Origin: Bacillota bacterium
GTDB lineage: Bacteria > Bacillota > Sulfobacillia > JABLXB01
Direction of reading: 5' to 3'
Length of the DNA stretch: 64,000 bases
Assembly: GCA_013178305.1 (NCBI GenBank)
Contig: JABLXB010000001.1
Span: forward strand, 140,203-204,202
In this document: positions 37,601 through 46,641 of the stretch, one piece after another
Numbering within the stretch: position 1 is the first letter of the stretch
Layout: every line of letters begins with the position of its first letter
Program-made: the position numbers and the translations under genes
Notes under the pieces: model-generated
Told to the model about the DNA's origin: nothing
Databases searched by the model: none
The model's input: the letters and a program-made list of their open reading frames with translations, nothing else

Positions 37601-38446
37601 GTGGTTTTCGCGACGAGGTACCTCAGGTTGATGGACCCGCCCATGGTCGGGCCCGACGTCAGCCTCACCCAGGGGAGACTGAAAGCCCTCGGCATATACG
37701 AGGGAGAGATTAACGGGGTATTCGACGAGGCCACGGCCGAGGCCGTAAGGCGTTTCCAGCAACGGAACGGCCTGCGCGTTGACGGGATCGTGGGGCCGGA
37801 CACGTACAACGCCCTCCAGCTCGGGGAGGCCATCGATGTGTGGCAGTCACCGCGCACCGGACCGCGCATCTCGATAGACCTGGTGCGGCGCCGGCTTTTC
37901 CTTTATCGCGCAGGGGTGCTGCTGGAGACGTTCCCCGTCGCCATCGGGAAGCCGTCCACTCCGACTCCGCCTGGCAACTGGGTGATCGTTGATAAACAGG
38001 AGAACCCCGGAGGGGCGTTCGGCGCAAGGTGGATGCGGCTGAGCACGCGGTGGGGTGGGTACGGGATCCATGGCACGGACACCCCCGAGTCGATAGGCAG
38101 GGCGGTCAGCCACGGCTGCGTGCGCATGCTGAACGAGAACGTCATTACCGTGTACAATCAGGCGCCCCTCGGGACCAACGTCAAGATACAGGGCGAGGCC
38201 ATGACCGGCCGCATCCTCAGGATCGGCGTGGAGCCGGCCGACGACGTCCGCCTGGTCCAGGAGAGGCTCAAAGCCCTCGGATACTATCGCGGGGACGTGG
38301 ACGGATTCTACGGCCCGCTCACGGCGGGGGCCGTGATGGCGTTCCAGCGCGACCGCGGGCTCGACCCCGACGGCATAGTCGGGCCGGCCACGTACGAGGA
38401 ACTCGAGCTCGCCTGGGACCAGGCGACCGGCGACAGGAGGCCGTAA
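37601..38446 (+). CDS. L,D-transpeptidase (YkuD domain) flanked by two peptidoglycan-binding (PG_binding_1) domains
   Basis: Catalytic SHGCVRM motif and two GIVGPxTYxxLxL repeats. Confidence 0.75.
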   Translation: MVFATRYLRLMDPPMVGPDVSLTQGRLKALGIYEGEINGVFDEATAEAVRRFQQRNGLRVDGIVGPDTYNALQLGEAIDVWQSPRTGPRISIDLVRRRLFLYRAGVLLETFPVAIGKPSTPTPPGNWVIVDKQENPGGAFGARWMRLSTRWGGYGIHGTDTPESIGRAVSHGCVRMLNENVITVYNQAPLGTNVKIQGEAMTGRILRIGVEPADDVRLVQERLKALGYYRGDVDGFYGPLTAGAVMAFQRDRGLDPDGIVGPATYEELELAWDQATGDRRP

Positions 38447-38585
38447 GCCAACGGCCCGCGGCGGTCTCTCCGGACTGGCGTGTGGCGGCTATCTGCGGCC
38501 TGCAGCAGCGGCTTCCCGGCGGCACACCAACGGCGTGTGCCGCCCTGATTTTGCCCGGCATAAGATCTACGGGAGGTAGAGGGGG

Positions 38586-38897
38586 ATGGGTGATGGCTTC
38601 GCGGATATGATGCAGCAGTTCCAGGAGATACGGGCCGAGATGGAGAGGGTCAGGGAGGCGTTACGCGCCAAGACCATAGACGCCTCTTCGGGGCCCGTCA
38701 AGGTCACTATCAACGGGCACCAGGAGATTGTATCGGTATCGCTGACTCCCGAGTTCGCTCAGGACCCCCGCAGGCTGGAGGAATCCATCAAAGCGGCGGT
38801 AAACGACGCCATAATGAAGTCCCAGAACATGGTGGCCCGCGAAGTCGGCAGATTCATGGGGCCGGGATCAGTATTCGGGTGGACGGGGGGTATGTAG
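38586..38897 (+). CDS. ybaB: YbaB/EbfC family nucleoid-associated protein
   Basis: MMQQFQEIRAEMERVREAL ... GPVKVTINGHQEIVSVSL matches the YbaB fold. Confidence 0.7.
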   Translation: MGDGFADMMQQFQEIRAEMERVREALRAKTIDASSGPVKVTINGHQEIVSVSLTPEFAQDPRRLEESIKAAVNDAIMKSQNMVAREVGRFMGPGSVFGWTGGM

Positions 38898-38898
38898 A

Positions 38899-39363
38899 GT
38901 GGCTGACGGGGACGGCACCCTCATCGGGAGTCTCTCGAAGTTGATGGAAACGCCCGCGGGGCAGGGTATGGATTCGACTTCGTTCCTGTGCATGCTGGGC
39001 CTTCTAAACGTGCAGACGATCATGACGGTCGTCCAGAAGGCCACCGAAGAGCAGACGGTGGTTTCGGAGGCTGTCAAGAAGTCGGGGCCTGACGCCCAGT
39101 CGCTGGCGCAGGCGCTATCGGGGCTGCTCGCCGGCCAGGCGGGGCAGGGAGGTCAGGGGGGCCAGAAGATAAACCCCGCAACCCTCCTCAGCCTGGTAAA
39201 CGTGCTGGCAAGCCAGATGGAGAAGGGCGGGGCCCCTAAACAGGAGCAGAAGGCGGAAGAACCGGCGCTCCCAGCCAGATTGGAGCACAGGGGTGAAGTC
39301 CGCAGGGGGCAGGGGGACCCGGGGGCCGACCAGAGGGATGCGAAGGCGGCAAGCCAGAAATAG
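38899..39363 (+). CDS. hypothetical Gln/Gly-rich protein
   Basis: ORF in the track with a GTG start directly after the ybaB stop. Confidence 0.35.
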   Translation: MADGDGTLIGSLSKLMETPAGQGMDSTSFLCMLGLLNVQTIMTVVQKATEEQTVVSEAVKKSGPDAQSLAQALSGLLAGQAGQGGQGGQKINPATLLSLVNVLASQMEKGGAPKQEQKAEEPALPARLEHRGEVRRGQGDPGADQRDAKAASQK

Positions 39364-39470
39364 CAGGCGGCGCCCCGGGGCGCGTCCGGCAGATGATGTG
39401 GCTGATGCTTCTCCCGTCCTTCGCCCGCGCCCCGCGACCGTGCATGTAGACAGGCTGGAGGGAACGGCAC

Positions 39471-40406
39471 ATGCCGTCTAAGATTCGCCTGGGCCGGCCG
39501 AGGGTCGGCCTGGCCCTGGGTGGGGGTGGCATGCGCGGGGCCGCGCATATAGGGGTCCTCAAGGTGCTTGAAGAGGAAAACGTGCGGATCGACTACATCG
39601 CGGGGACGAGCGTCGGGAGCATCGTCGCCGCGCTGTACGCCTGCGGGTACCGCGCCGCCGACCTGGTGGACCTGACCGTTTCCCTCAAGTCAGAGGATAT
39701 CTTCGACTATACGTTCAGCTTCAGAAGAATTCTCGCCATGGCCGTGAAGGTGCTGTTCGACTACATGGCGGTCCCAACCGACTGGATGCCGAACCCGCCA
39801 ATGGGCCTGATAAAGGGCAGGCATCTCGAGAATTGGGTGCATCAGATGACCGGCGGGAAGACGTTCCGCGACACGGAGATCCCGCTGGCGATTATCGCCG
39901 TCGACATCGACACTGGCCGCCAGGTGGTGTTCGCATCCAATTCCGCCACGAAGGCGCTGGGCAGGTGCTACCCGTCCGCGCTGATGGCCGAGGACGAACC
40001 GCTCTCGCTGGCGGTGCGGGCAAGCAGTGCGATCCCGATCATCTTCCTGCCCCGGAAATACGCCGGGATGAACCTGGTCGACGGGGCGCTCCTGAACAAC
40101 GTGCCCGCCGACGCCCTCAAGGCCTGGGGGGCAGACGTCGTCATCGCCGTAGACCTGGAGTTCGCCAACCAGCGGGGCGCGCTCATCGACAACGCCGTCG
40201 AGGTGGTTATCCAGGCGATCGACATGATGGGCCAGGAGATCACCGACCTCAAGCTGGCCAAATACGCCGACGTCGTGGTGAGGCCGGACGTTTACGACGT
40301 CGGCCTCACCGACTTCCACCGGATCCCCGAACTCATACAACGTGGCGAACAGGCCACGCGCGAGGTCCTGCCCCAGATACGCCGGTTCATCCCCCCGTAC
40401 GCTTAG
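39471..40406 (+). CDS. patatin-like phospholipase
   Basis: GGGGMRGAAHIG oxyanion motif, GTSVGS nucleophile elbow and a DGA catalytic-dyad region. Confidence 0.8.
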   Translation: MPSKIRLGRPRVGLALGGGGMRGAAHIGVLKVLEEENVRIDYIAGTSVGSIVAALYACGYRAADLVDLTVSLKSEDIFDYTFSFRRILAMAVKVLFDYMAVPTDWMPNPPMGLIKGRHLENWVHQMTGGKTFRDTEIPLAIIAVDIDTGRQVVFASNSATKALGRCYPSALMAEDEPLSLAVRASSAIPIIFLPRKYAGMNLVDGALLNNVPADALKAWGADVVIAVDLEFANQRGALIDNAVEVVIQAIDMMGQEITDLKLAKYADVVVRPDVYDVGLTDFHRIPELIQRGEQATREVLPQIRRFIPPYA

Positions 40407-40563
40407 CCGCCACCCGGGGTGTCCCACCCGGCCGCCCGGCCCCCGCCGCCTCCGGAAGGAAAAGCGCCCAAGCGATAGAAAAGCGGTAGAAAAGCCAATA
40501 CGCCTCCTTCTCACGGAGGATAATAGAGCGTGTCCGGTCACAGGACGTCTTACGGGGGCGCTT

Positions 40564-41730
40564 ATGGAGGGAACTCGGGCGGAAATATACCTGGATAATG
40601 CCGCAACCACGCGTGCGAGCGCCGAAGTCGCCGCGGAGGTTTCGCGCTGCCTTCTGGAGGCATACGGAAACCCCTCTTCCCTGCACCCGAAAGGAATCGA
40701 GGCTGAAGAGGTGGTGGACAGGGCCGCCCGCGCCGTGGCTTCGGCGCTCGGCGGGGGCAAGAGCAACATCGTATTCACGTCCGGAGGCACCGAGGCGAAC
40801 AACCTCGCCATCTTCGGCGCGGTCTCCTGGCGCCGGCGGCCGGGAGCCAGGATAATCAGCAGTCGAATCGAGCACCCCTCGGTGTTCAACACGGTCAAGG
40901 AACTCGAGTCGCTGGGTTTTGAAGTCGTGTTCGCCGGTGTCGACCGCGACGGTGTTATAGACCTCGACGAGTTCCGGGGGCTACTTACGCCCGCCACGGT
41001 CCTGGTAAGCGTGATGCACGTCAACAACGAGACCGGCGCGGTGCAGCCACTGGACGCGATAGCGGCGGCGGTGCGCGCCTGTGACGGTAAACCCCTGCTG
41101 CACGTGGATGCCGTGCAGTCGCTCGGCCACGTCCCGTTCCGGCCCCAGGATTCAGGAGTCGACCTGGCCAGCGTCAGCGCGCATAAGGTGCACGGCCCCA
41201 AAGGGGTGGGCGCGCTCTGGATACGGGACGGCGTCCGGCTCCGGCCCATCATCTACGGGGGCGGACAGCAGCATTCCATCCGGAGCGGGACGGAGAACGT
41301 GCCGGGCATATCGGGGTTCGGGGTCGCTTGCTCGCAGATCGCCGCCGACCCGGGCTTCGCCGAGAGGGAGCTCGGGCCAATCCGCGAGACCCTGGCCAGG
41401 CGGATTGAATCCGAGATACCGGATGCCGCGCTGCTGAGCCCGCGCCACGGTGCGGCCCCACACATCCTGAACGTGGCGTTCCGCGGCGTCAAGGGCGAGG
41501 TCCTCGTGAGGATGCTGGGCTCCCGGGGCGTCCACGTCTCCACCGGCGCCGCGTGTTCCTCGCGCAAGGGCGAAACCAGCAGGGTGCTCGAGGCGATGGG
41601 AGTGCCCCGCGACCTCGCTGTGGGGTCGATAAGGCTGAGTCTCGGCAGGTACAACTCGCTCGCGGAGGTCGACACGGTCACCGGCCACTTGAAGGAGGTT
41701 GTGGCGGGACTCAGGGGGTTCCACAGGTAG
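40564..41730 (+). CDS. nifS: cysteine desulfurase (NifS/NifZ class)
   Basis: IYLDNAATT N-terminus and an SAHKVHGPKG PLP-lysine motif, upstream of thiI. Confidence 0.85.
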   Translation: MEGTRAEIYLDNAATTRASAEVAAEVSRCLLEAYGNPSSLHPKGIEAEEVVDRAARAVASALGGGKSNIVFTSGGTEANNLAIFGAVSWRRRPGARIISSRIEHPSVFNTVKELESLGFEVVFAGVDRDGVIDLDEFRGLLTPATVLVSVMHVNNETGAVQPLDAIAAAVRACDGKPLLHVDAVQSLGHVPFRPQDSGVDLASVSAHKVHGPKGVGALWIRDGVRLRPIIYGGGQQHSIRSGTENVPGISGFGVACSQIAADPGFAERELGPIRETLARRIESEIPDAALLSPRHGAAPHILNVAFRGVKGEVLVRMLGSRGVHVSTGAACSSRKGETSRVLEAMGVPRDLAVGSIRLSLGRYNSLAEVDTVTGHLKEVVAGLRGFHR

Positions 41731-41731
41731 A

Positions 41732-42898
41732 ATGGAGAACGGAGTTATACTGCTGCGGTACGGCGAGATCGGCCTCAAGGGCCGGAACAGGTCCTTTTTC
41801 GAAGACACCCTCGTGAGAAACGTGTCCTCCTCGCTAGGGGACATCCCATCCCGGGTCACGAACGAATACGGCCGTGTAATCGCCCGCGTCCCCTGCGGAG
41901 AATCCCGCGCAGCCGTCGAACGCTTGAAGCGCGTGTTCGGCGTCGTGTCGTTGAGCCCCGCGGTGAGGGTACCCCTCAGCATAGAAGCGATCGAGGAGGC
42001 GGCGTACGACGCCCTCTCCGCCGCGGCGCGCCCGCCGTTCACGTTTAGAGTGAGTGCCAGCCGCGCCAACAAACGCTTCCCTCTCACCTCACCCGAGATA
42101 AACCGCGCGGTCGGGGCCTACATCCTGGACCGGTTCGACGGTGGGGCCTCGGTGGATCTACGAGACCCGACGGCCACCGCGTGGGTCGAAGTGCGCAGCG
42201 ACGGGGCTTACGTATACTCGGAGGTGATACCCGGGCCCGGCGGCTTGCCGCTCGGTTCCAGCGGGAAGGGCCTGCTTCTCCTGTCGGGTGGCATCGACAG
42301 CCCCGTAGCAGGGTGGTACATGATGAAACGCGGCCTGCTCCTCGAGGCCCTGCATTTCTACAGCTTCCCATTCACTAGCGAGAAGTCGAAGCGTAAGGTC
42401 ATGGACCTCTGCGAAACGCTGTCGACGTGGGGCTCGCCCGTGGTGCTCCACGTATGCCCGTTCGGCGAAGTCCAGCAAGAGATCGGCCGGACGTGTCCCG
42501 ACGAGATGATCACCATAGTGATGCGCCGGATGATGCTGCGCATAGCGGAAAGGGTAGCCTTGAAGCAGGGCTGCCAGGCGCTGATTACGGGGGAGAGCGT
42601 CGGCCAGGTGGCCAGCCAGACCCTCGAGAGCATGGCCACCATCGGAAACGTCACGCGCATGACGATCCTCAGGCCGCTCTGTGGCCTGGACAAGACCGAG
42701 ATCATAGCCAGGGCGCGGGAGATCGGGACATTCGGCACATCGATCCAGCCATACGAGGACTGCTGCGCGCTGTTCGTTCCGAAGAACCCCCGGACGAAAC
42801 CCGGGCTCGAACAGGCCGAGTCCGCCGAGGGAGGGCTGGACGTTGAAGGACTTGTCAAGCAGGCCGTTGAACGGATAGAGACCATTACGCCGCAGTGA
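41732..42898 (+). CDS. thiI: tRNA 4-thiouridine synthase ThiI
   Basis: N-terminal THUMP region (LLRYGEIGLKGRNRSFFE) and PP-loop SGGIDSPVA. Confidence 0.85.
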   Translation: MENGVILLRYGEIGLKGRNRSFFEDTLVRNVSSSLGDIPSRVTNEYGRVIARVPCGESRAAVERLKRVFGVVSLSPAVRVPLSIEAIEEAAYDALSAAARPPFTFRVSASRANKRFPLTSPEINRAVGAYILDRFDGGASVDLRDPTATAWVEVRSDGAYVYSEVIPGPGGLPLGSSGKGLLLLSGGIDSPVAGWYMMKRGLLLEALHFYSFPFTSEKSKRKVMDLCETLSTWGSPVVLHVCPFGEVQQEIGRTCPDEMITIVMRRMMLRIAERVALKQGCQALITGESVGQVASQTLESMATIGNVTRMTILRPLCGLDKTEIIARAREIGTFGTSIQPYEDCCALFVPKNPRTKPGLEQAESAEGGLDVEGLVKQAVERIETITPQ

Positions 42899-42920
42899 TT
42901 ACTGAAGTGAGGTGTTTCGA

Positions 42921-43322
42921 GTGCCGGTGGAAACGGTACACATCCAGTGGAAGGGAGAGCATGCGCTCGAGTCCAGGTTGCCCTCCGGAAAGGTAATCAC
43001 CATCGATTCGGCCGGTCCGAAACCCCTGGAGATGGTCATCGCCAGCCTCGGTGGTTGCGCGGGTCTCACCGCGCTCGCGTTCGCCCAGAAGATGAGGTTA
43101 AACCTGACGAGGCTCGAGATCGAGGTGTCGGGGGACCTGGCCGACGGCAAAGTGCCGGCGATCAAGGGCGGGCGCCTGAAATACCGCCTCTGGGGGCCGG
43201 ACCTCCAGAAGGAGCAGGTCGAGAGACTCGTGGAGCTTTGCGAGAAATACTGCCCGGTCTACCAGACGCTGAAGCATGCGGGTCCCATAGAACACTCGTA
43301 CGAGATAAACCCGGCCTCCTGA
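42921..43322 (+). CDS. OsmC/Ohr family protein
   Basis: LEMVIASLGGCAGLT ... CEKYCPVYQTL, the two conserved Cys regions of OsmC. Confidence 0.7.
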   Translation: MPVETVHIQWKGEHALESRLPSGKVITIDSAGPKPLEMVIASLGGCAGLTALAFAQKMRLNLTRLEIEVSGDLADGKVPAIKGGRLKYRLWGPDLQKEQVERLVELCEKYCPVYQTLKHAGPIEHSYEINPAS

Positions 43323-43774
43323 ACGGGCCGGACATGGAGGCGCCCCGCAGTCACATGGCGGGCGGGCATTGGGGCGGGCGCTCCGGTGCACACTACCGTA
43401 CGGGTTCGAACTGGGGGTGTGTGCCGTGGCGTCTGAAGACTCGAAGGAGAGAATCAAGGCGGCCGAGGACCTTCACAAGCAGGCCGCTCGCAAGAGGATT
43501 AACCCATTCAAAACGCCTCCGAACGATCTCACCACCAAGGAAATGACCCCTCCGGAGGCGAAAGGGCAGGCCGCTCCAGACCTTCCCGTGTTCGGGCCGG
43601 AGGTTGAGGTAGAGCCGAAGCATTGATGAGTGAAAGGAAGCCCGGAGGGGCTTCCTTTCCTGGTGTCGGGCATTTTTGCTCGTGACTCCCGCCCGCGAAG
43701 CGGAATTACCCCGTCCGCCGCCGGACAACATAACCTTGACCATTCCACTTGACCATTCCAAAGGAGGTAGTCTC

Positions 43775-44221
43775 ATGTCGTTGTTCAGGTACGACCCCGG
43801 GCGGGAACTTGCGAGGCTACGGGACGAGATCGGCCGGTTCATCGAACCCTTCAGGACTACGGCGCGCGAAGCAGGTCCCTGGCAACCGTCGGTGGACCTG
43901 TTCGAGAGCGGTGACAGCATCGTGGTGCGGGCCGATCTACCAGGCATCGATCCAAAGGACGTGGACGTGAGGGTCACCGACAACGCGGTGTCCATCAGGG
44001 GTGACATACAGCGAGAGCAGCGTACGGACGAGGAGGGCTTCTACTACAGCGAGCGACAGTACGGCACCTTCTTCAGGTCAATCCCGCTGCCGAGACAGGT
44101 GAGGCCCGAGCAGTCGCGGGCGACCTATAGGAACGGGATTCTCGAGATCACGATGCCCAAAGAGAGCGACGGCAGGGGAAAAGGCCACAGATTGGAGATC
44201 GACGCCGGGCCATCGCACTAG
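43775..44221 (+). CDS. Hsp20/alpha-crystallin small heat-shock protein
   Basis: AAGGAGGT RBS. PSVDLFESGDSIVVRADLPGIDPKDVDVRV ... NGILEITMPK is a typical ACD. Confidence 0.85.
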   Translation: MSLFRYDPGRELARLRDEIGRFIEPFRTTAREAGPWQPSVDLFESGDSIVVRADLPGIDPKDVDVRVTDNAVSIRGDIQREQRTDEEGFYYSERQYGTFFRSIPLPRQVRPEQSRATYRNGILEITMPKESDGRGKGHRLEIDAGPSH

Positions 44222-44265
44222 GTGACCCTGGAGACGCACCAGGACAGCGAGGGGGAGGTGATATT

Positions 44266-44763
44266 ATGGCCCGGTTGACCGGAAACCCCGTGAGGGCGGT
44301 GGCAGTAGCGGTAGCGCTCTGCCTTGCGCTGGCGGCCGGGGGCTGTTCGGTTTCCCTCGGCGGTGGCCAGAAGCAGCAGTCGGAGGCGCAGGGCGGGGGC
44401 CAACAAGGTGGACAACAGGGGGCTCAGAGCGACCCCAAGATACAGGCCGCGATAAGGCAGGAGCTCCAGGCCGGCGAAGGCCGGAGGATCCTCGAGGAGG
44501 CAGTACGCGACACGAGGACTTCCATCACCATGGACGACCTGCTCAAATCGCCCAAAGGGCAGAAAATGATCCAGGATGAGCTGAAGAAGATAGTCTCGGC
44601 CCCGGAGATGCAGAAGACCCTGCAACAGCAGGTTTCGCAGTCCCTGCAGTCCCCCCAGGTTCAGGAGGCGATGCAGCGCGCCGTCAGAGATGCGCTGGTG
44701 AAATTGATACAGGGTGGCGCGGGTGCAGCAGGTGGCGCCAAAGGCGGCCAGCAAGGCAGTTGA
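44266..44763 (+). CDS. lipoprotein of unknown function (Gln/Gly-rich)
   Basis: Signal peptide with lipobox LAAGGC. Confidence 0.5.
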   Translation: MARLTGNPVRAVAVAVALCLALAAGGCSVSLGGGQKQQSEAQGGGQQGGQQGAQSDPKIQAAIRQELQAGEGRRILEEAVRDTRTSITMDDLLKSPKGQKMIQDELKKIVSAPEMQKTLQQQVSQSLQSPQVQEAMQRAVRDALVKLIQGGAGAAGGAKGGQQGS

Positions 44764-45069
44764 GGGGACCAGGACGGCCAGGGCGGTGGCGGCTCGAGCT
44801 GACGGGGGGCGCAAGCCCGGCGGAGGGCGCAGGGCGGAGACGCCCTGCGGTAAACTCGAAGCCGGTGGCATCCCGGAGTCAACTCTGCGTCATCTCGGTG
44901 GATTTATGTAACCATTCGGCGGTCAGTTACGTAATATGTAACCGTCGAAGTGGCGCGAGCCGCATGAACACCGAGTCTACCCTTGAGGTGCCAGGCCTCC
45001 CCATCCCCTCCGGGCCGGTGCCTCCCAGGCGGGGACCCTTGTAGGGCCCCGCCTTAATTCGCTCCGTGC

Positions 45070-45708
45070 TCAGGATAACCTTTCTGGCGGCTGTAGCAGC
45101 GCCTCAAGTTGGCCGAGGGCTCCGGTCAGGCGTCCTGTGAACTCCTCCAGTGACGTTACCCTGTCGACTCCCGGCATCTTGAGCCAGTCGTCCACCACCG
45201 CGCGGACGGCCGACAGCCGGCCGGCGGCTCCGGCCAGCTTTTCCTCATATGCGCGGACCCTTTCGGTGAGTTCACGCTGCCTGGTCCGGAGGACAGCCAG
45301 TTCACCGGATGCGGTCTTCCCGGTCAGGGCCATCTCCGCGAGGGTCGCGAGGCCGCTGAGGAACCCACTCAGCTCGAGCGAGTCCAGACTCGTAGCCGAC
45401 TTGAGGAACAAAGTGAGCGCCCTGAAGGCCGTATCGCCGTCACGCTCCGAGGTCACGGGCGCCGGCTCCTCCGTCGCCACCGGCGAGGCGTCCTCCCCAC
45501 CGGACCCTTTGTTCTGCTTCAACCTGTAGTACTTCCACCGCGCCGTCAGCCAGCTGATGCCGTTGTCGTCGGCGAACCCCTTCAGGGCCTCACTGACATT
45601 GGCTCCCGCCGCGAGGCGGCCTTGCACGTACTGCCACAGTTCGGCCTCTTTGCCGGCCTTCCAGCGGATACGTTTGGACGGCGCGCCCTCTGTCGCAAGC
45701 ATACTCAT
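45070..45708 (-). CDS. hypothetical protein with an N-terminal Myb/SANT-like motif (RsfA-like?) and C-terminal coiled coil
   Basis: The N-terminal W..W Myb-like pattern reads RIRWKAGKEAELWQYV ... ISWLTARWKYYRL. ATG 45708 has a GAGGTG RBS. Family call is tentative. Confidence 0.4.
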   Translation of the reverse strand: MSMLATEGAPSKRIRWKAGKEAELWQYVQGRLAAGANVSEALKGFADDNGISWLTARWKYYRLKQNKGSGGEDASPVATEEPAPVTSERDGDTAFRALTLFLKSATSLDSLELSGFLSGLATLAEMALTGKTASGELAVLRTRQRELTERVRAYEEKLAGAAGRLSAVRAVVDDWLKMPGVDRVTSLEEFTGRLTGALGQLEALLQPPERLS

Positions 45709-46123
45709 ACAGCACACCTCTCAGATTTTTGTATGATATGTAAGAATACCCACATGACAACCCGAATATGCCAACACTGGTCAATGTCTGGATCTTGGGG
45801 AACTAAACTCATCTACGGGTAGTCTCTACTGAAGTAAATCTACTGGCTGAATCGGCCATTCGTGACCGAGGTGGTTACTCGATGGAGGACAAGGTGGATC
45901 TCCCCCTCAGAAAGGCTGTGCGTGATGATTTCCGAATACCCGGGAGTCCCGGTAAAAGGCCTCGAGAACGTGGCAATTGTGTACGAATGGGTGGAGTGGG
46001 ATAGCTCGCTGAGAGTGTATTTGGAGGAAGAAGATAGCACCCAGTCGTTGCCTCTCCCGCGGGGGCCGTCTGGCTTCATTTGGTGACGAGCGGCGCCGAC
46101 TACGAAGTCATTGTGGGCAAAGA

Positions 46124-46158
46124 GTAATGGGGAGCCCGATTAGAGGGCTCTCCATTAC
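46124..46158 (+). other. 14-bp stem hairpin (GTAATGGGGAGCCC / GGGCTCTCCATTAC, 7-nt loop) followed by a weak T-run
   Basis: Read directly; possibly a terminator-like element in a low-GC intergenic stretch. Confidence 0.35.
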
Positions 46159-46379
46159 TCCATTTGCTTATGTCGTCAGAGTCTCAGGGTGGGCAGGCGC
46201 TCATCAACACGAGCAGCCGCCAGCGGGTCCCTTCGGAGCTGAAATAACGTCTCTTCACAGGAAGGGAACCGGCATGACTACTGCCAATCAATCGTCCTGA
46301 CGAGTCCGGGTCAAGGGGATCAGGCTAGGCAAACGTGAGTTCCTGCCGGTGTGGGGCGCCAGATCCCGCTGGCTCCGGT

Positions 46380-46616
46380 TCATCGCCTGCTTCGCATGAC
46401 GAGGAAAGCAAGGGTGTACACGACGGCGACGATTGCGTACGCGGGGATGACTATTACGGCAATGGTGAAGAATACGGGTTCTTCAACGTGTAGCAGGCCG
46501 CTAATGAGGTTATGCAGGACGACCGACCCGACCCATGCCACGCCGAGCGCGAGCACCCTGACTACATCCAGCCGGAGCCATCTGTTAAGGTTCCTGGAAC
46601 GGTCCACACGACCCAC
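46380..46616 (-). CDS. possible small membrane protein downstream of the BNR-repeat gene
   Basis: ORF with two hydrophobic stretches; no other support. Confidence 0.25.
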   Translation of the reverse strand: MGRVDRSRNLNRWLRLDVVRVLALGVAWVGSVVLHNLISGLLHVEEPVFFTIAVIVIPAYAIVAVVYTLAFLVMRSRR

Positions 46617-46641
46617 CCCCTGTACTGGCTGGGTTCGCCGG

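Noticed and set aside
43385-43400. GGGTTCGAACTGGGGG, superficially like a tRNA T-arm
   Set aside because: There is no acceptor stem, anticodon or D-arm around it. No tRNA or rRNA is present in the window.
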